A DNA stretch of 64,000 bases, from NCBI GenBank assembly GCA_951406725.2, contig OX597838.1:12772001-12836000 (forward strand), read 5' to 3'. Numbering within the stretch: position 1 is the stretch's first letter; each line of letters begins with the position of its first letter. Source of the stretch: Octopus vulgaris. Lineage: Eukaryota. The notes under the pieces were generated by a model. That model saw nothing but the letters and a program-made list of their open reading frames with translations, was not told the origin of the DNA and did no database searches. The translations under genes were made by a program, and so were the position numbers. This document shows positions 41,985 to 55,568 of the stretch, in pieces.

Positions 41985-42015
<31 letters not shown>

Positions 42016-43107
42016 TATATAAAAATATTCTGCATTTGATGGCATAAAATTACATGGGCATATAAGACGCACTCTAATTTCAGTAGAACAAATTTAGGAA
42101 AAAAAGGATTTCAATGCATCAAAACATGTAATACTGATTTCAAATTTTGGCACAAGGCCAGCAAGTTCACAAGAGGGCATAAGTCAATTACATCACCCCC
42201 AGTGCTCAACTGGTACTTATTTTATCGACCCTGAAAAGATGAAAGGCAAAGATGAAATGCCTTAATAAGCATTTTGCCAGGTGTGCTAATGCTAATGATT
42301 CTACCAGCTCACCATCTTTTTAAAGCAAGTAATATTTGCAGCAACTTCAAAGGTGGCAAGCTAGCAGAATCATTACCATGCTGGGAGAAATGCTTAGCAG
42401 TATTTCTCCTGACTTTTATGCGAGTCAATAGCATTGAGTCCAGTGTTCAACAGGTATCATTTTATTGATACCTAAAAGGATGAACGGCCAAGTTGAGCCC
42501 AGGGGAATTTGAACCGAGAATGTAAAGGTGGCTGTATGGTAAGAAGCTTGCTTCCCAACCACATGGTTCCAGGTTCAGTCCCACTGCATAGCACCTTGGG
42601 CAAGTGTCTTCTACTATAACCTCAGGCCAACAATAAAGCCTTGTGAGTGGTTTTGGTAGATGGAAACTGAAAGAAGCCCATCGTGTGTTTGTGTGTGTGT
42701 TTTTGTGTTTATCACTGCTTGACAACTGGTGTTCATGTGTTTATGTCACCATAACTTAGTGGTTCGGCAAAAGTGACTGATACAATAAATACAAGGCTTT
42801 TAAAAAAAAAATCCTGGGGTCCATTGGTTCACCTAAAAACCCTTCAAAGCAGTGCTCCAGCATTGCCACAGTCAAATGGCTGAAACAAATAAAAGGATAA
42901 AAAAAAAACTGGACATAATAATAATAATAATAATACTCAGGAGGCGCAGGAGTGGCTGTGTGGTAAGTAGCTTGTTTACCAACCACATGGTTCCGGGTTC
43001 AGTCCCACTGAGTGGCACCTTGGGCAAGTGTCTTCTACTATAGCCTCGGGCCGACCAAAGCCTTGTGAGTGGATTTGGTAGACGGAAACTGAAAGAAGCC
43101 CGTCGTA

Positions 43108-43164
<57 letters not shown>

Positions 43165-43971
43165 GTGTGTGTGTTTGCGTGTCTGTGTTTGTCCCCCTAG
43201 CATTGCTTGACAACCGATGCTGGTGTGTTTATGTCCCCGTTACTTAGCGGTTCGGCAAAAGAGACCGATAGAATAAGTACTGGGCTTACAAAAGAATAAG
43301 TCCCAGGTCGAGTTGCTTGATTAAAGGCGGTGCTCCAGCATGGCCGCAGTCAAAGGACTGAAACATGTAAAAGAGTAAAGAGTAAATACTCACTCCGCGC
43401 CACTTGGCACTCATGGTGGGTCGGTTATTGTTGGTGTGGTTCCTATCATCACTGTTAGAATCTTGGCTCTCCTTGTTGTGTCCAGAGCCATTCTGACTTT
43501 CTTTGTTGGAATGACAGCTGCTCTCTTTCCGTTTGGAGATGATGCTCCGAACCGATGCCACAAATGGCGTTGGTTGCCGCATCGTGGCAGTCTTGTCAGA
43601 GAAATCACATGAATAAAGAACGTTGTCAGCCGTTGTGCCGTGTTCGCTGTAGTTGAGGAGTTCATAGTGACGAGTCGTCTGCAGGTGAAAATAAGAATTT
43701 TAAAAAAATATATAACAGAAAAAAAAAAAACAATATTTTGTGGTGCCCCAGCATGGCTGCGGCCTTTGGGCTAAAACATTTTAAAGGATTTTTAAGGATT
43801 AATATAGACGCAGGAGTGGCTGTGTGGTAAGTAGCTTGCTAACCAACCACATGGTTCCGGGTTTAGTCCCACTGCGTGGCATCTTGGGCAAGTGTCTTCT
43901 GCTATAGCCCCGGGCCGACCAATGCCATGTGAGTGGATTTGGTAGACGGAAACTGAAAGAAGCCCATCGTA

Positions 43972-44011
<40 letters not shown>

Positions 44012-46516
44012 CGCAGGAGTGGCTGTGTGGTAAGTAGCTTGCTAACCAACCACATGGTTCTGGGTTCAGTCCCATGTTAAATTGATGAGCAAAATGCAAT
44101 GAACAAATGAATGAATGTAGCTGCAAGTTTGTGTCTGTGTTTTACCCCCCACCCCACCCCCCCACCACTGCTTGACAACCAGTGTTGGTGTGTTTACGTC
44201 CTCGTAACTTAGTGGTTTGGCAAAAGAGACCAATAGAATAAGTACTAGGCTTAAGAAATAAGTCCTGGGGTCGATTTGACTGAAGCAAGTAAGAGAATAA
44301 ATACTCCTCAAACTTATCATCATGTCATCACTGAAGTAGTAGTAGTAGTAGTAGTAGTAGCAGCAGCAGCAACAGAAGCAGTAGTAGTTGTAAAAACAGC
44401 AGCAGCAGTAGTAGTAGTGGCAGCAGCAGCTGCAGTGAGAGGAGGGTGTGGATTGGGGTGGGAGTGAATTGGTAGAGTGGTCAGAGCATTAGAAAGAACA
44501 TCCTTCCAATTCTGATTAATTCGTTGAAAATAAATCATGGTTTTGTTTTGTTTTGGTTTTGGTTTTGTAAAAAAAAAACTTTCGATATATTTTTAGTCTC
44601 AAATATTTGTAGATTGACAAAAGAATGAATGCAAAAAACCACTTTACCTCGTCATAGAAGATGTAAGCATGCTTTGCTGATACGTAATTACAGTGTCCAA
44701 AATGAGTCAAGCACACATCCATGTCGGCACCTTTACAAGAGAAAAATAAAACAAGGAAAATAAAAGACAAAAAAAAACAGTTTAATTTAAAACTATAAAT
44801 AAACAGCTTTGGTTTTGCAATATTTATGTTGTTCGGGTACTTGGACATTAAAATAAATAATTTGATCTTTTCATGGTAAGTACAGGTAAGAGATTATGTT
44901 GCCTTTAGGTCATCTGATGCCGAAGAAGTTGAAGTCACCCATCAGAAACACATTAACGCTTTGATCTAGTTTTGTTAGTACTTCTTTTATCATTGTAAGG
45001 CTTTCCTCAAATTTACCATCAGGATTTGAGGCATCAGATGGACAATATAATGTGCATGTTACCACATCAAGTTGCTTTCAGTGCACTATGAGTGTCTCAG
45101 AGACAGAGTTTGAGTGAGACCTCATCAGGATGTACGACACAACTCCACTGTGACTTCTTTTTCTTCTATCTGCAAGGAATGCAGCACGTGTATCTCTGCA
45201 GACAGATGTGTCTCTCTAAGTGCAATGTGTATTGCTTGTTTGATTGCATGCAGAAAAATCTCTCTCATATGTATACATACATATAGACATTCACATATAT
45301 GCATACATATATATATATATATCACCGTGATCACCGTAACCAACCAGGCCATCAGATGTTACTACACATCGCTGGTCACTATGCACTTCGCATTGTTATA
45401 GCCTTCAAATGACGCCACCCCGCTGGCTAAGCGAGCAGGCCAACAGAAGAAAGAGTGAGAGAAAGCTGTGGCAAAAGAGTACAGCAAGGATCGCCACCCC
45501 CTGCCGGAGCCATGTGGAGCTTTAGGTGTTTTCGCTCAATAAATACTCACAACGCCTGGTCTGGGAATCGAAACCACGATCCTACAACCGTGAGTCCGCT
45601 GCCCTAACCACTGGGCCATTGTGCCTCCACATATACATATACACATACATATACATATGTATACACACACACACACAGACGTTTATGTTTTTGTTTTGCA
45701 ACATTCCTTATGTGAAATCGTGTGTTGAAACAAATATGGGGATAGTGATTTTTTTTTTTCTTGTTTGCCAATTAAACACACACACTATTTACCTGATCTT
45801 CACTTTAGTGAGGAAAGCAGGAGGAAGAGGGAAAGGGTTAGAACTGTTAAGTATGTCATTAGAAACCTGAAATTACCTGTACCAATACTGAGGGTACGAT
45901 ATGGCATCGAGATTGGTTCACCTTTCCCTGTTAACGGACAAAGGAGCGCACGAGCCTGGATCTCATCAGAACCTGTTCCTGAAAACAAACAGAAAGCAAA
46001 ATAATTAGCAGAGAACAAATCAAGTACAATTTCTAAAAATTAGTATTTTCCAGCATACAAGTTGATGTAGAACACAGCATAAATGTGTAGTGCAAATATT
46101 CACTATCTTTCCAAAATCTGCTGCACTCCACATGGAATTTTTGGTCCTCCAAAGTCATTTTGGTATATGACTCAACCTACATTTTGTGGCTGTAAATTTT
46201 GGTCTGAAAAATTTCAACTTGTATGCCAGAAAATACAGTAAAAAAAATTTTTTTTCCTACTAAAACATATTTCTAAATGTGCTGACATGAATTTTCAAAG
46301 GGCTAAAACATTTTTAAGGAAAAGACAAAAAAAAAAAGAACAAGGTGGCGCAGGAGTGGCTGTGTGGTAAGTAGCTTGCTAACCAACCACATGGTTCCGG
46401 GTTCAGTCCCACTGCGTGGCATCTTGGGCAAGTGTCTTCTGCTATAGCCCATGCCGACCAATGCCTTGTGAGTGGATTTGGTAGATGGAAACTGAAAGAA
46501 GCCTGTCGTATATATG

Positions 46517-46555
<39 letters not shown>

Positions 46556-47403
46556 GTTTGTGTGTCTGTGGTTGTCCCCCTAGTATTTCTTGACAACCGA
46601 TGCTGGTGTGTTTACGTCCCCGTCACTTAGCGGTTCGGCAAAAAAGAGACCGATAGAATAAGTACTGGGCTTACAAAGAATAAGTCCCGGGGTCAAGTTG
46701 CTCGACTAAAGGCGGTGCTCCAGCATGGCCGCAGTCAAATGACTGAAACAAGTAAAGAGAGAGTAACGTTGTCTATAGCAAAGCATATTTGTAAATTTAA
46801 ACCATGCGGAATCTTGCTGCATACTGAATCTTGGCACTTCTCAGAAAAACTGGTTTCAGAATCCCGTTCCAATCTGATTTGGTTTCTACAGCTGGATCAT
46901 CATCATCATCATCGTCGTTTAACGTCCGTTCTCCATGCTAGCATGGGTTGGACGGTTCGACCGGGGTTCTGGGAAGCCAGAAGGCTGCACCAGGCTCCAG
47001 TCTAATCTGGCAATGTTTCTACAGCTGGATGCCCTTCCTAACGCCATGGCCTTCCTAACGCCATGGCCTTCCTAACGCCTTTCCTAATAGCTAATAGTAA
47101 ATAAATATTGGGTTCAGAAACCCTTTTGGATAGAAAGAGACATGAGAGATGTTGAGTATATGTCCACTGGGCAGCCTTTTACTCTTCCTAATATTTACAT
47201 GTTATAAGGTGGTGAGCTGGCAGAAATGTTAGAATTCCAGGCAAAATGCTTAGCAACATTTCGTTCATCTTTACATTCTGAGTTCAACTTTGCTTTTCAT
47301 CCTTTCGGGGTCTATAAATTAAGTACAAGTGAAACACTTGGGTCGATGTAATTGACTAGTTCCTTCCCCAAAAATTTCAGGCCTTGTGCCTATAGTAGAA
47401 AGG

Positions 47404-47447
<44 letters not shown>

Positions 47448-47722
47448 TACTACTACTACTACTACTATTATTAAGGTGGCGAGCTAGCAGGAGCGCTAGC
47501 ACACCAGGCAAACAGCTTAGTGACATTTCATCTGTCTTTACATTCTGAGTTCAAATTCCACTGAAGTTGACTTTGCCTTTCATCTTTTTGGGGTTGATAA
47601 ATTAAGCACCAGTTAAATATTCTGTATTTTATGTAGTTTGTCCTTAGTGCTTGCTTTTGGGCAGCACAGATTAGAGCCTCCGTTTCTGGTTTTAAATCAC
47701 TTTTAGTCATCCACTGCCATCT

Positions 47723-47772
<50 letters not shown>

Positions 47773-48344
47773 TGGCACGTAAAAAGCACCCACTACACTC
47801 TCGGAGTGGTTGGCGTTAGGAAGGGCATCCAGCTGTAGAAACTCTGCCGGATTAAGATTGGAGCCTGGTGCAGCCATCTGGTCAAAATCGTCCAACCCAT
47901 GCTAGCATGGAAAGCGGACGTTAAACGATGATGATTAAGGTAGCAAGTTGGCAGGATCGTTAGCACACCAGGCAAATTGCTTAGTGATATTTCATCCGTC
48001 TTTACGTTCTGAGTTCAAATTCTGCCAAGGTGAACTTTGCTTCTCATCCTTTTGGGGTCAATAAAATATGCAACCATTTGAACGCTGATATCATCAGCTT
48101 ACCCACCCTCCCTGAACTTCCTGACCTTGTACCAAAATTTGGAACCATTATTTATGGCTGTATGCACTTCAAGATCCAGTGTTCCAGAACAGAATTATTT
48201 CACAATCTTCTAAAAGTTTATAAATTCTTGACATAAACACTGTGTCTGCATATGTGTGTGTGTGAATGCATGTGTGAATGAGTGTATGTGGGTGAATGTA
48301 TGTGTGTTTTTGAGTGGATCTGTGTTTAGTGGGGGGGGGGGTGA

Positions 48345-48381
<37 letters not shown>

Positions 48382-49934
48382 TGTGTGTGCATGCGTTTGT
48401 CTGTACATGTGCATGCATGCATGTATATATTCCATACTTTTCTTTTCCATAACTGATGGTGCTGTCTGTTGTTGTGGTAACAGCTGCTGGAGTCGTTGCC
48501 AAGCAAGAATCTGGACTAATTTCTGGTCAAGTTTACCAAGTTCAACTTCTGAAAGTAGAGAAAGAAAGAGAGAGGGGAGTGAAAGAGAAAGTAGTTGGGA
48601 GAAGAGAGGAAGAAACAGTAATAATAGATAAGAACATCAGAGAGAGAGATGGGGAGAGAGAAGAGGAAAGAGGAGAAAAAGAATGAGATAAAGCTAAGAA
48701 GTTGGTAAAATATGCAAAGACTGAAAACTGCTTGTGAAAAAAAAAAACAAAAGGAATATGCTGCTCTACCTCCTTGACCTTCGATGCAATGTTGTAATGT
48801 TGTGTTTAGATTGACGATGGCTGGTGAGGAACTCAGAGTATTAGCCACCACTGATTTTGAATGTGAAACGGGAAGAGATGATGATGTCGGGACAGCTTTC
48901 GAACCTAAAAATTAAACAACAGCAATCAGTAAGGAAAAATCATAAATTAGCATAAATTTATAAATCATAAATTAGCATAAATTTACATATTGAAGACAGT
49001 GAAAATGACGACAGCCAAAAATATACATACACACATATATATACGATGTGTGTATACACACACATAAAATACGATTGAACTTAAATAAAAACGATTGAAT
49101 TTACAAAATCGAAATCGATCAACATCAATGGAAATTGTAGCTGTGATACCAGTGCCGGTGGCATGTAAGAGAACCATCCAAACGTGGCCGTTGCCAGCAC
49201 CGCCCTGACTGGCCTCCATGCCGGTGGCACGTAAAAAGCACCATCCGACTGTAGCCGTTGCCAGCCTCATCTGGCCTCCGTGCCGATGGCACGTAAAAAG
49301 CACCATCCGACTGTAGCCGTTGCCAGACTCATCTGGCCTCCGTGCCGATGGCACGTAAAAAGCACCATCCAATCATGGCTGTTTGCCAGCCTCGTCTGGC
49401 CCCTGTGCAGGTGGCACGTAAAAAGCACCCACTACACTCACGGAGCGGTTGGCGTTAGGAAGGGCATCCAGCTGTAGTAAACACTGCCAGATCAGACTGG
49501 GCCTGGTGCAGCCTTCTGGCTCCCCAGACCCTGATGATGATGATGAGGTGAGTGCTTTGATTAGTAATATGAAATATCATATTCCTTGGCACATCTCTGA
49601 AACGGCTCATAAACGTGAAGTTTATATATTTCTTCTTTCGTTGGTTTTAATGTTTTTAATACTTAATCCTTTCAAGTTAAATTTTTTATTTCATCATACA
49701 ATGTACGATTTTAAATATAATTACAAATGATATATTCTTAAATTCAATCGTTTTTATTTAAATTCAATTGTATTTTATGCATTGCATTGATATTGTCTAT
49801 TTATATATATTTGTGTTTTATTTCCATTTTATAGAGAATATATGTATTTATATATGTTTTGGATGCGTGTTTCTATTATGTTCTTTTAGACTTTGCCTGT
49901 GTTGCCTCCCTAATAATATTATTTCCTATGTATA

Positions 49935-49981
<47 letters not shown>

Positions 49982-52900
49982 TAGGAAGAAATGGAGCTGA
50001 ACGAAGATTTAACAAAATTCCTTTTTATTATTTTCTACATATGTTTCAAAGGCTGCAAAGTCCCTAATTCGGATTGAATAAGGAGTCCATTTTGCAGCCT
50101 TCTCTTCAGGAAAATCCAGGAACTTAATTCTCCAACAAAATGCACAGCAAGCTTTTCTTCCTACACTAAATATATAAAACTTCAAATTTCCGCACTAAGG
50201 CACGGATTTTAGGCCCCATGGTCGTAACCTCAACCGTGCTTTTTCTGTTGTGATTTTTGCTACCCAGGTATCGGTTCAGCAAAATTTAGATTCAGATGAA
50301 TATGGTACTTAAGTCAAAGGCACCAGAATTTTGCATGGTATTATCCATATAAATCAAATGGGGTGATTACAATCAGAATAAGCAACAAGTATATCTGAGG
50401 TAATGTGAGAGAGTAGATTTAATACTATTTCCCATGCCGGTAGCACATAAGCACCATCCAAACGTGGTCAATGCCTGACTGGCTCCCATGCTGGTGGCAT
50501 GTAAAAAGCACCATCCAAACGTGGTCGATGCCAGGTCCTTCTGACTGGCTCCCATGCCAGTGGCATGTAAAAGGGACCAACCAATCATAACTGATGCCAG
50601 TACCCCCCTGACTGGCTCCTATGCTGGTGGCACGTAAATAGCACCATCCAAACGGGGTCGATGCCAGGTCCTTCTGACTGGCTCCCATGCCAGTGACATG
50701 TAAAAGGGACCAACCAATCATAACTGATGCCAGTACCCCCCTGACTGGCTCCTATGTTGGTGGCACGTAAATAGCACCATCCAAACGTGGTCGATGCCAG
50801 GTCCTTCTGACTGGCTCCCATGCCAGTGACATGTAAAAGGGACCAATCAATCATAACTGATGCCAGTACCCCCCTGACTGGCTCCTATGCTGGTGGCACG
50901 TAAATAGCACCATCTGAATGTGATCTTTATGTCTCTGTAACTTATCAGTTCAGCAAAAGAAATTGATGGGATAAGTATCCGACTTTAAAAAAGAAGAACT
51001 GGGGTTGATTTGTTTGACTGAACCCTTCAAAGCTGTGCTCCAGCATGGTCACAGACTAATGGCTGAAATTATGAAAAGATGAAATATACAGGTGGGTGGT
51101 ATGTGCGGCGTGCAAAAATTTTGATTCAACATACCTGAGAGCGGAGCCGAAACTGTGATTACTTTTGTTGCAGCACCCCCGTTGCTTCCAGAAATTGTGC
51201 TTGGCATTTTACCAACCATGGAACTGGCCAGTTTCACCGACGGCTGCATGGCAAGTCTTTGAATCAACATGGAAGAGTTATTCGCCATCTTGTTGGTGTT
51301 ATTGCAGACAATCTTACCTGCCTGGCTGGCGCTGGACACCACTTTTGTCATCAGAGAATTACCAGCCTTGCTACCTGTGGCATTCAGCATCAGATTCTTC
51401 ATAGTGGAGGTTGCTTGGCAGGAGGAAGAGACCACACCTGAGGGTTTCTCACCTGCCGAAGCAACACTGCTACTGCTATTACTACTACAACTACTACTAC
51501 TACTGCTGCTGGGCCACGATACTTTTACAATGCCTGGCGTTGTGGAAGAGTCTAAACTACTACTACTACTACTACTACTAACACTACTACTATTACTACT
51601 ACAACTACTACTACTGTTGTTGTTGTTATTGTTGCTGCCAGTGCCCTTGGTCTTCGTAACCAAGGCGTCTGGCTTTGTAGAAGTTGACGAGGTCCTATAG
51701 TTGTTCTCTACAATGTCCGTGTCACCGTTCAGTGTGGTGGAGAGGTTGTTGTTGCTGCTGTTGTTGTTGTTGTTGAGTAATGAAACTGTTGCCAGTGGAG
51801 GTGACGACTTCACATCCAGGAGCTGGCTGTCACCGCTGCAGTAGGGGGTCGCAGCGGCCAGTAAGTCAGGAGACACCAGGCACGTGCTGCTGGTGGCGGC
51901 GGCGGTGGAGGTGGAGGTGGTGGAGGTGGTGGTGGTGGATGCGGTGGTGATGCATGAAGGAACAATCAGAGAATGCAAAGAGTTTCTCTCGACCGCGGCG
52001 AATGCACTCTGCTGTGCAGCCAACGCGCCGCTCGTCGTTGTGGGCGTTGTTGTTTCAGCTGTCGTCGATGTCGACGGAAGGGGTGAGATGGAAGTGGAAG
52101 ATGACAATGAAGCAGTAGTAGTAGTAGTAGTGGTAGTAGTAGTAGTAGTAGAAGTAGAAGAAGTAGTAGTGGTGGTGGTGGTGGTGGTGGTGTTGGTAGC
52201 AGTGGTCACCGATAGTTTGTCTGTTTCAGTTATGCAGTTGATACCTGCAACGCCATGCACAGCCAGGCTGCTGCTGTTGTTGTTGTTGTCACCAGAGCTG
52301 ATGCCTCCTGCCATGCATGTCGCCGTGCTCTGATGGCCAGGCAGCGCCTTGCTGTTGTCACCGTTCTTTGGGGAGTCATTGCTTTGTCTGTAGAGTTGCT
52401 TCTGAGCCAAATACTTAGCGATACTGGTTTGCAAGGAGACCACGCTGGCCAGCCACTGGAAAGACAAGAGGAAGAAAAACAATAAGAAGTGATATCGGGT
52501 GGTGATGATGATGATAATGACGATGATGATATATGCAGATAATAGGCGCAGGAGTGGCTGTGTGGTAAGTAGCTTGCTTACCAACCACATGGTTCCGGGT
52601 TCAGTCCCACTGCGTGGCACCTTGGGCAAGTGTCTTCTACTATAGCCTCGGGCCGACCAAAGCCTTGTGAGTGGATTTGGTAGACGGAAACTGAAAGAAG
52701 CCTGTCGTATATATGTATATATATGCCTTTCATCCCTTCGGGGTCAATTAAATTAGTACCAGTTACGCACTGGGGTCGAGGTAATCGACTTAATCTCTTT
52801 GTCTGTCATTGTTTGTCCCCTCTGTGTTTAACCCCTTGTGGGTAGTAAAGAAATAAGTATCTCCAATAGTAACAATGACAATTAAGAGCAAAAGGTCAAA

Positions 52901-53997
52901 CTCTGATTTCAAGCTGACAATAACAAACTGTAGATGGATAACTCACCTCCTCTTGTTCTTCAATAGTTGCCTTCTGCTCAGCTGCACTCCCCGTGGGGTT
53001 GGATAGTAGGGAGCCTGTCTGTAGCTGTGAATTGCCTGCAAACAGGCCGTTTGTTGAAGCAGAATTGGATTTATTTAACATGGGCTGCATGGAGGCAATC
53101 AGTGCTGCCTCAGACGCACGTGGAAGCAAAGGAGGTGGATTCATATACAAGTCTTTGATGGCTGAAGGAATCTGAAACAAACAAACAACACAGAATGGTT
53201 CACATGGAATAAGCTGAGAGGTAAGAGGTACAGGTGTGGATGTGAGGCCAAGACGTTTGCATCCCAACCACTGTAAGGTAAGTGTCTTTCACTATAGCTC
53301 TGGGTCAACCACAGCCTTGTGAGTAGGTTTGGTAGATGGAAACTGAAAGAAGTCCATTGTATAAGTGTGTGTGTGTGTGTGTGTGTCTTGTCTTGACATC
53401 ACAGGACAGTTAATCATCATCATCATCATCATCGTCGTTTAACATCCCCTTTCCATGCTAGCATGGGTTGGACGGTTCAACTGGGGTCTGTGAAGCTGGA
53501 AGGCTTCGTCAGGCCCAGTCAGATCTGGCAGTGTTTCTACGGCTGGAGAAACACTGCCAGATCTGACTGGCACCTCTAATGAGGTGATGAAATATGATCT
53601 TTGGTTGCTGAGTCTCGTGGAGGCAATGACGAGTGACCGAGACTTCTGGCAATTTGCTGTGCTTGTGAAGACACATCAAGCTAAGTGAAATCGTCGTTGT
53701 GACCAGTGCTGGTGACACGTGAAAGGCATCTGTACTGGTGACATGTAGGAGACACACCTGGTAGTCTGTAGAGTGGTTGGCGTTAGGAAGGGCAACAGAC
53801 TGGAGCCTGGTGCAGCTCTCTTGCTTACCATCTCCAGTCAAACCATCTAACCCATGCCAGCATGGAAAAACAGATGTTAGAAGAAGAAGAAGAAGAAGGA
53901 AAAGAAGAAGAAGAAGGAAAAGAAGAAGAAGAAGGAAAAGAAGAAGAAGAAGAAGAAGAAGAAGAAGGAAAAGAAGAAGAAGAAGTGGTGGAAGAAG

Positions 53998-54028
<31 letters not shown>

Positions 54029-55529
54029 GGTGGAAGAAGAAGAAGAAGAAGAAGAAGAAGAAGAAGAAGAAGAAGAAGAAGAAGAAGAAGGGAAAAAGAA
54101 GAAGAGAGGAAGAAGAAGAAGAAGAAGAAGAAGAAGAAGAAGAAGAAGAGAAGAAAGAAAGGAAAAGAAGAAGGAGAAGAAGGAAAGAAGAAGAAGAAGA
54201 AGAAGAAGAAGAAGAAGAAAGAAGAAGAAGAAGAAGAAGGAAAAGAAGAAGAAGAAGGAAGAAGAAGAAGAAGAAGAAGAAGGAAGGAGAAGAAGGAGAA
54301 GAAGAAGAAGAAGAAGAAGAAGAAGAAGAAGAAGAAGAAGAAGAAGGAGAAGAAGAAGAAGAAGAAGAAGAAGAAGAAGAAGAAGAAGAAGGAAAAGAAG
54401 AAGGACAAGAAGAAGAAGGAAAAGAAGAAGAAGGAGGAGGAGGAGGAGGAGGAAAAGAAGAAGAAGAAGAAGAAGAAGAAGAAGAAGAAGAAGAAGAAGA
54501 AGAAGAAGAAGGAGAAGAAGAAGAAGAAGAAGAAGAAGAAAGCAACGGCAATGAAAACGATGATAAGATAGAAAAGGGAGAGGTGAACTTACAGAAATAG
54601 ATTTTCGCTTTGGATGTCGTATTTTTAACCGGAAAGGAGGTGATTGTCTGTGTACTTTTTTCAAGAAGTCAATTTTTACAGCATGCATGTTAATATGTCC
54701 TGTGAATTTTGCTCTGAGCTTAATCCGTTCTGAGAGGCTCACTGACTTTAGGAGTTTCTCGTCCTGTTAAGAGAAACAAAAATAATAAGTAGCTATTATT
54801 GATTTCAAATTTTGGTACAAGGCTAGCGATTTCTAGGGAAGGGGTATAATCAAATTACATCAACATCAGCGCATAACTGGTACTTGTTTTATCGACCCTG
54901 AAAGGAGGAAAAGCAAAAAGTCTCGGCAGAACTTGAACTCAGAATGAAAGGTTGGTCAAAATGCTGCTAAATGTATTGGTAGACTTATCCAACTCATTCC
55001 AGTAGAGATGGATGAACAGAGATTAAAATGATATTGACAATGGAAACGATGGTGATATAATGGTGTTGTTACTCACAATGAAATTTTCAGGATGATTGGG
55101 ACACATCCATCGGCCCGTTGGAAGTGTAGTTAGTGGGGGATCCAGGCAATCCATATGAAATAGAAGCGAGCAGAAATCGCACTGTATAAGAGGGGCTCTC
55201 CGACAGCTCCTGGAGGAATAGGAAAAACCAAAGCTCCGGAATTAAAACTCAGAAATAAACAAACAAAAAAAAAGAGATTTGCTAATATCTGTTCTTTTGT
55301 TTTCTTTTTTAAGTACTCTCTCTTTTACTCTTTTACTTGTACAGTCATTTGACTGCGGCCATGCTGGAGCACCGCCTTTAGTCGAGCAAATCGACCCCGG
55401 GACTTATTCTTTGTAAGCCCAGTACTTATTCTATCGGTCTCTTTTGCCGAACCGCTAAGTGACGGGGACGTAAACACACCAGCATCGGTTGTCAAGCAAT
55501 GCTAGGGGGACAAACACACACACAAACAA

Positions 55530-55568
<39 letters not shown>

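Noticed and set aside
44276-44538. Poly-Thr/Ala ORF in a PHF12 intron
   Set aside because: (GTA)/(GCA) repeats; the flanking FHA exons join in phase without it
49140-49430. CRISPR-like repeated gtggcacgtaaaaagcacc units
   Set aside because: Intervening sequences are homologous to each other, the context is eukaryotic and there are no cas genes; these are SINE internal repeats
52456-52629. N-terminal extension of the 526-aa ORF
   Set aside because: Intronic and SINE sequence upstream of the acceptor at 52455
53509-54571. Long poly-E/K/R/L/F/S ORFs
   Set aside because: Translations of the (GAA)n tract; only 54593-54763 is a real exon
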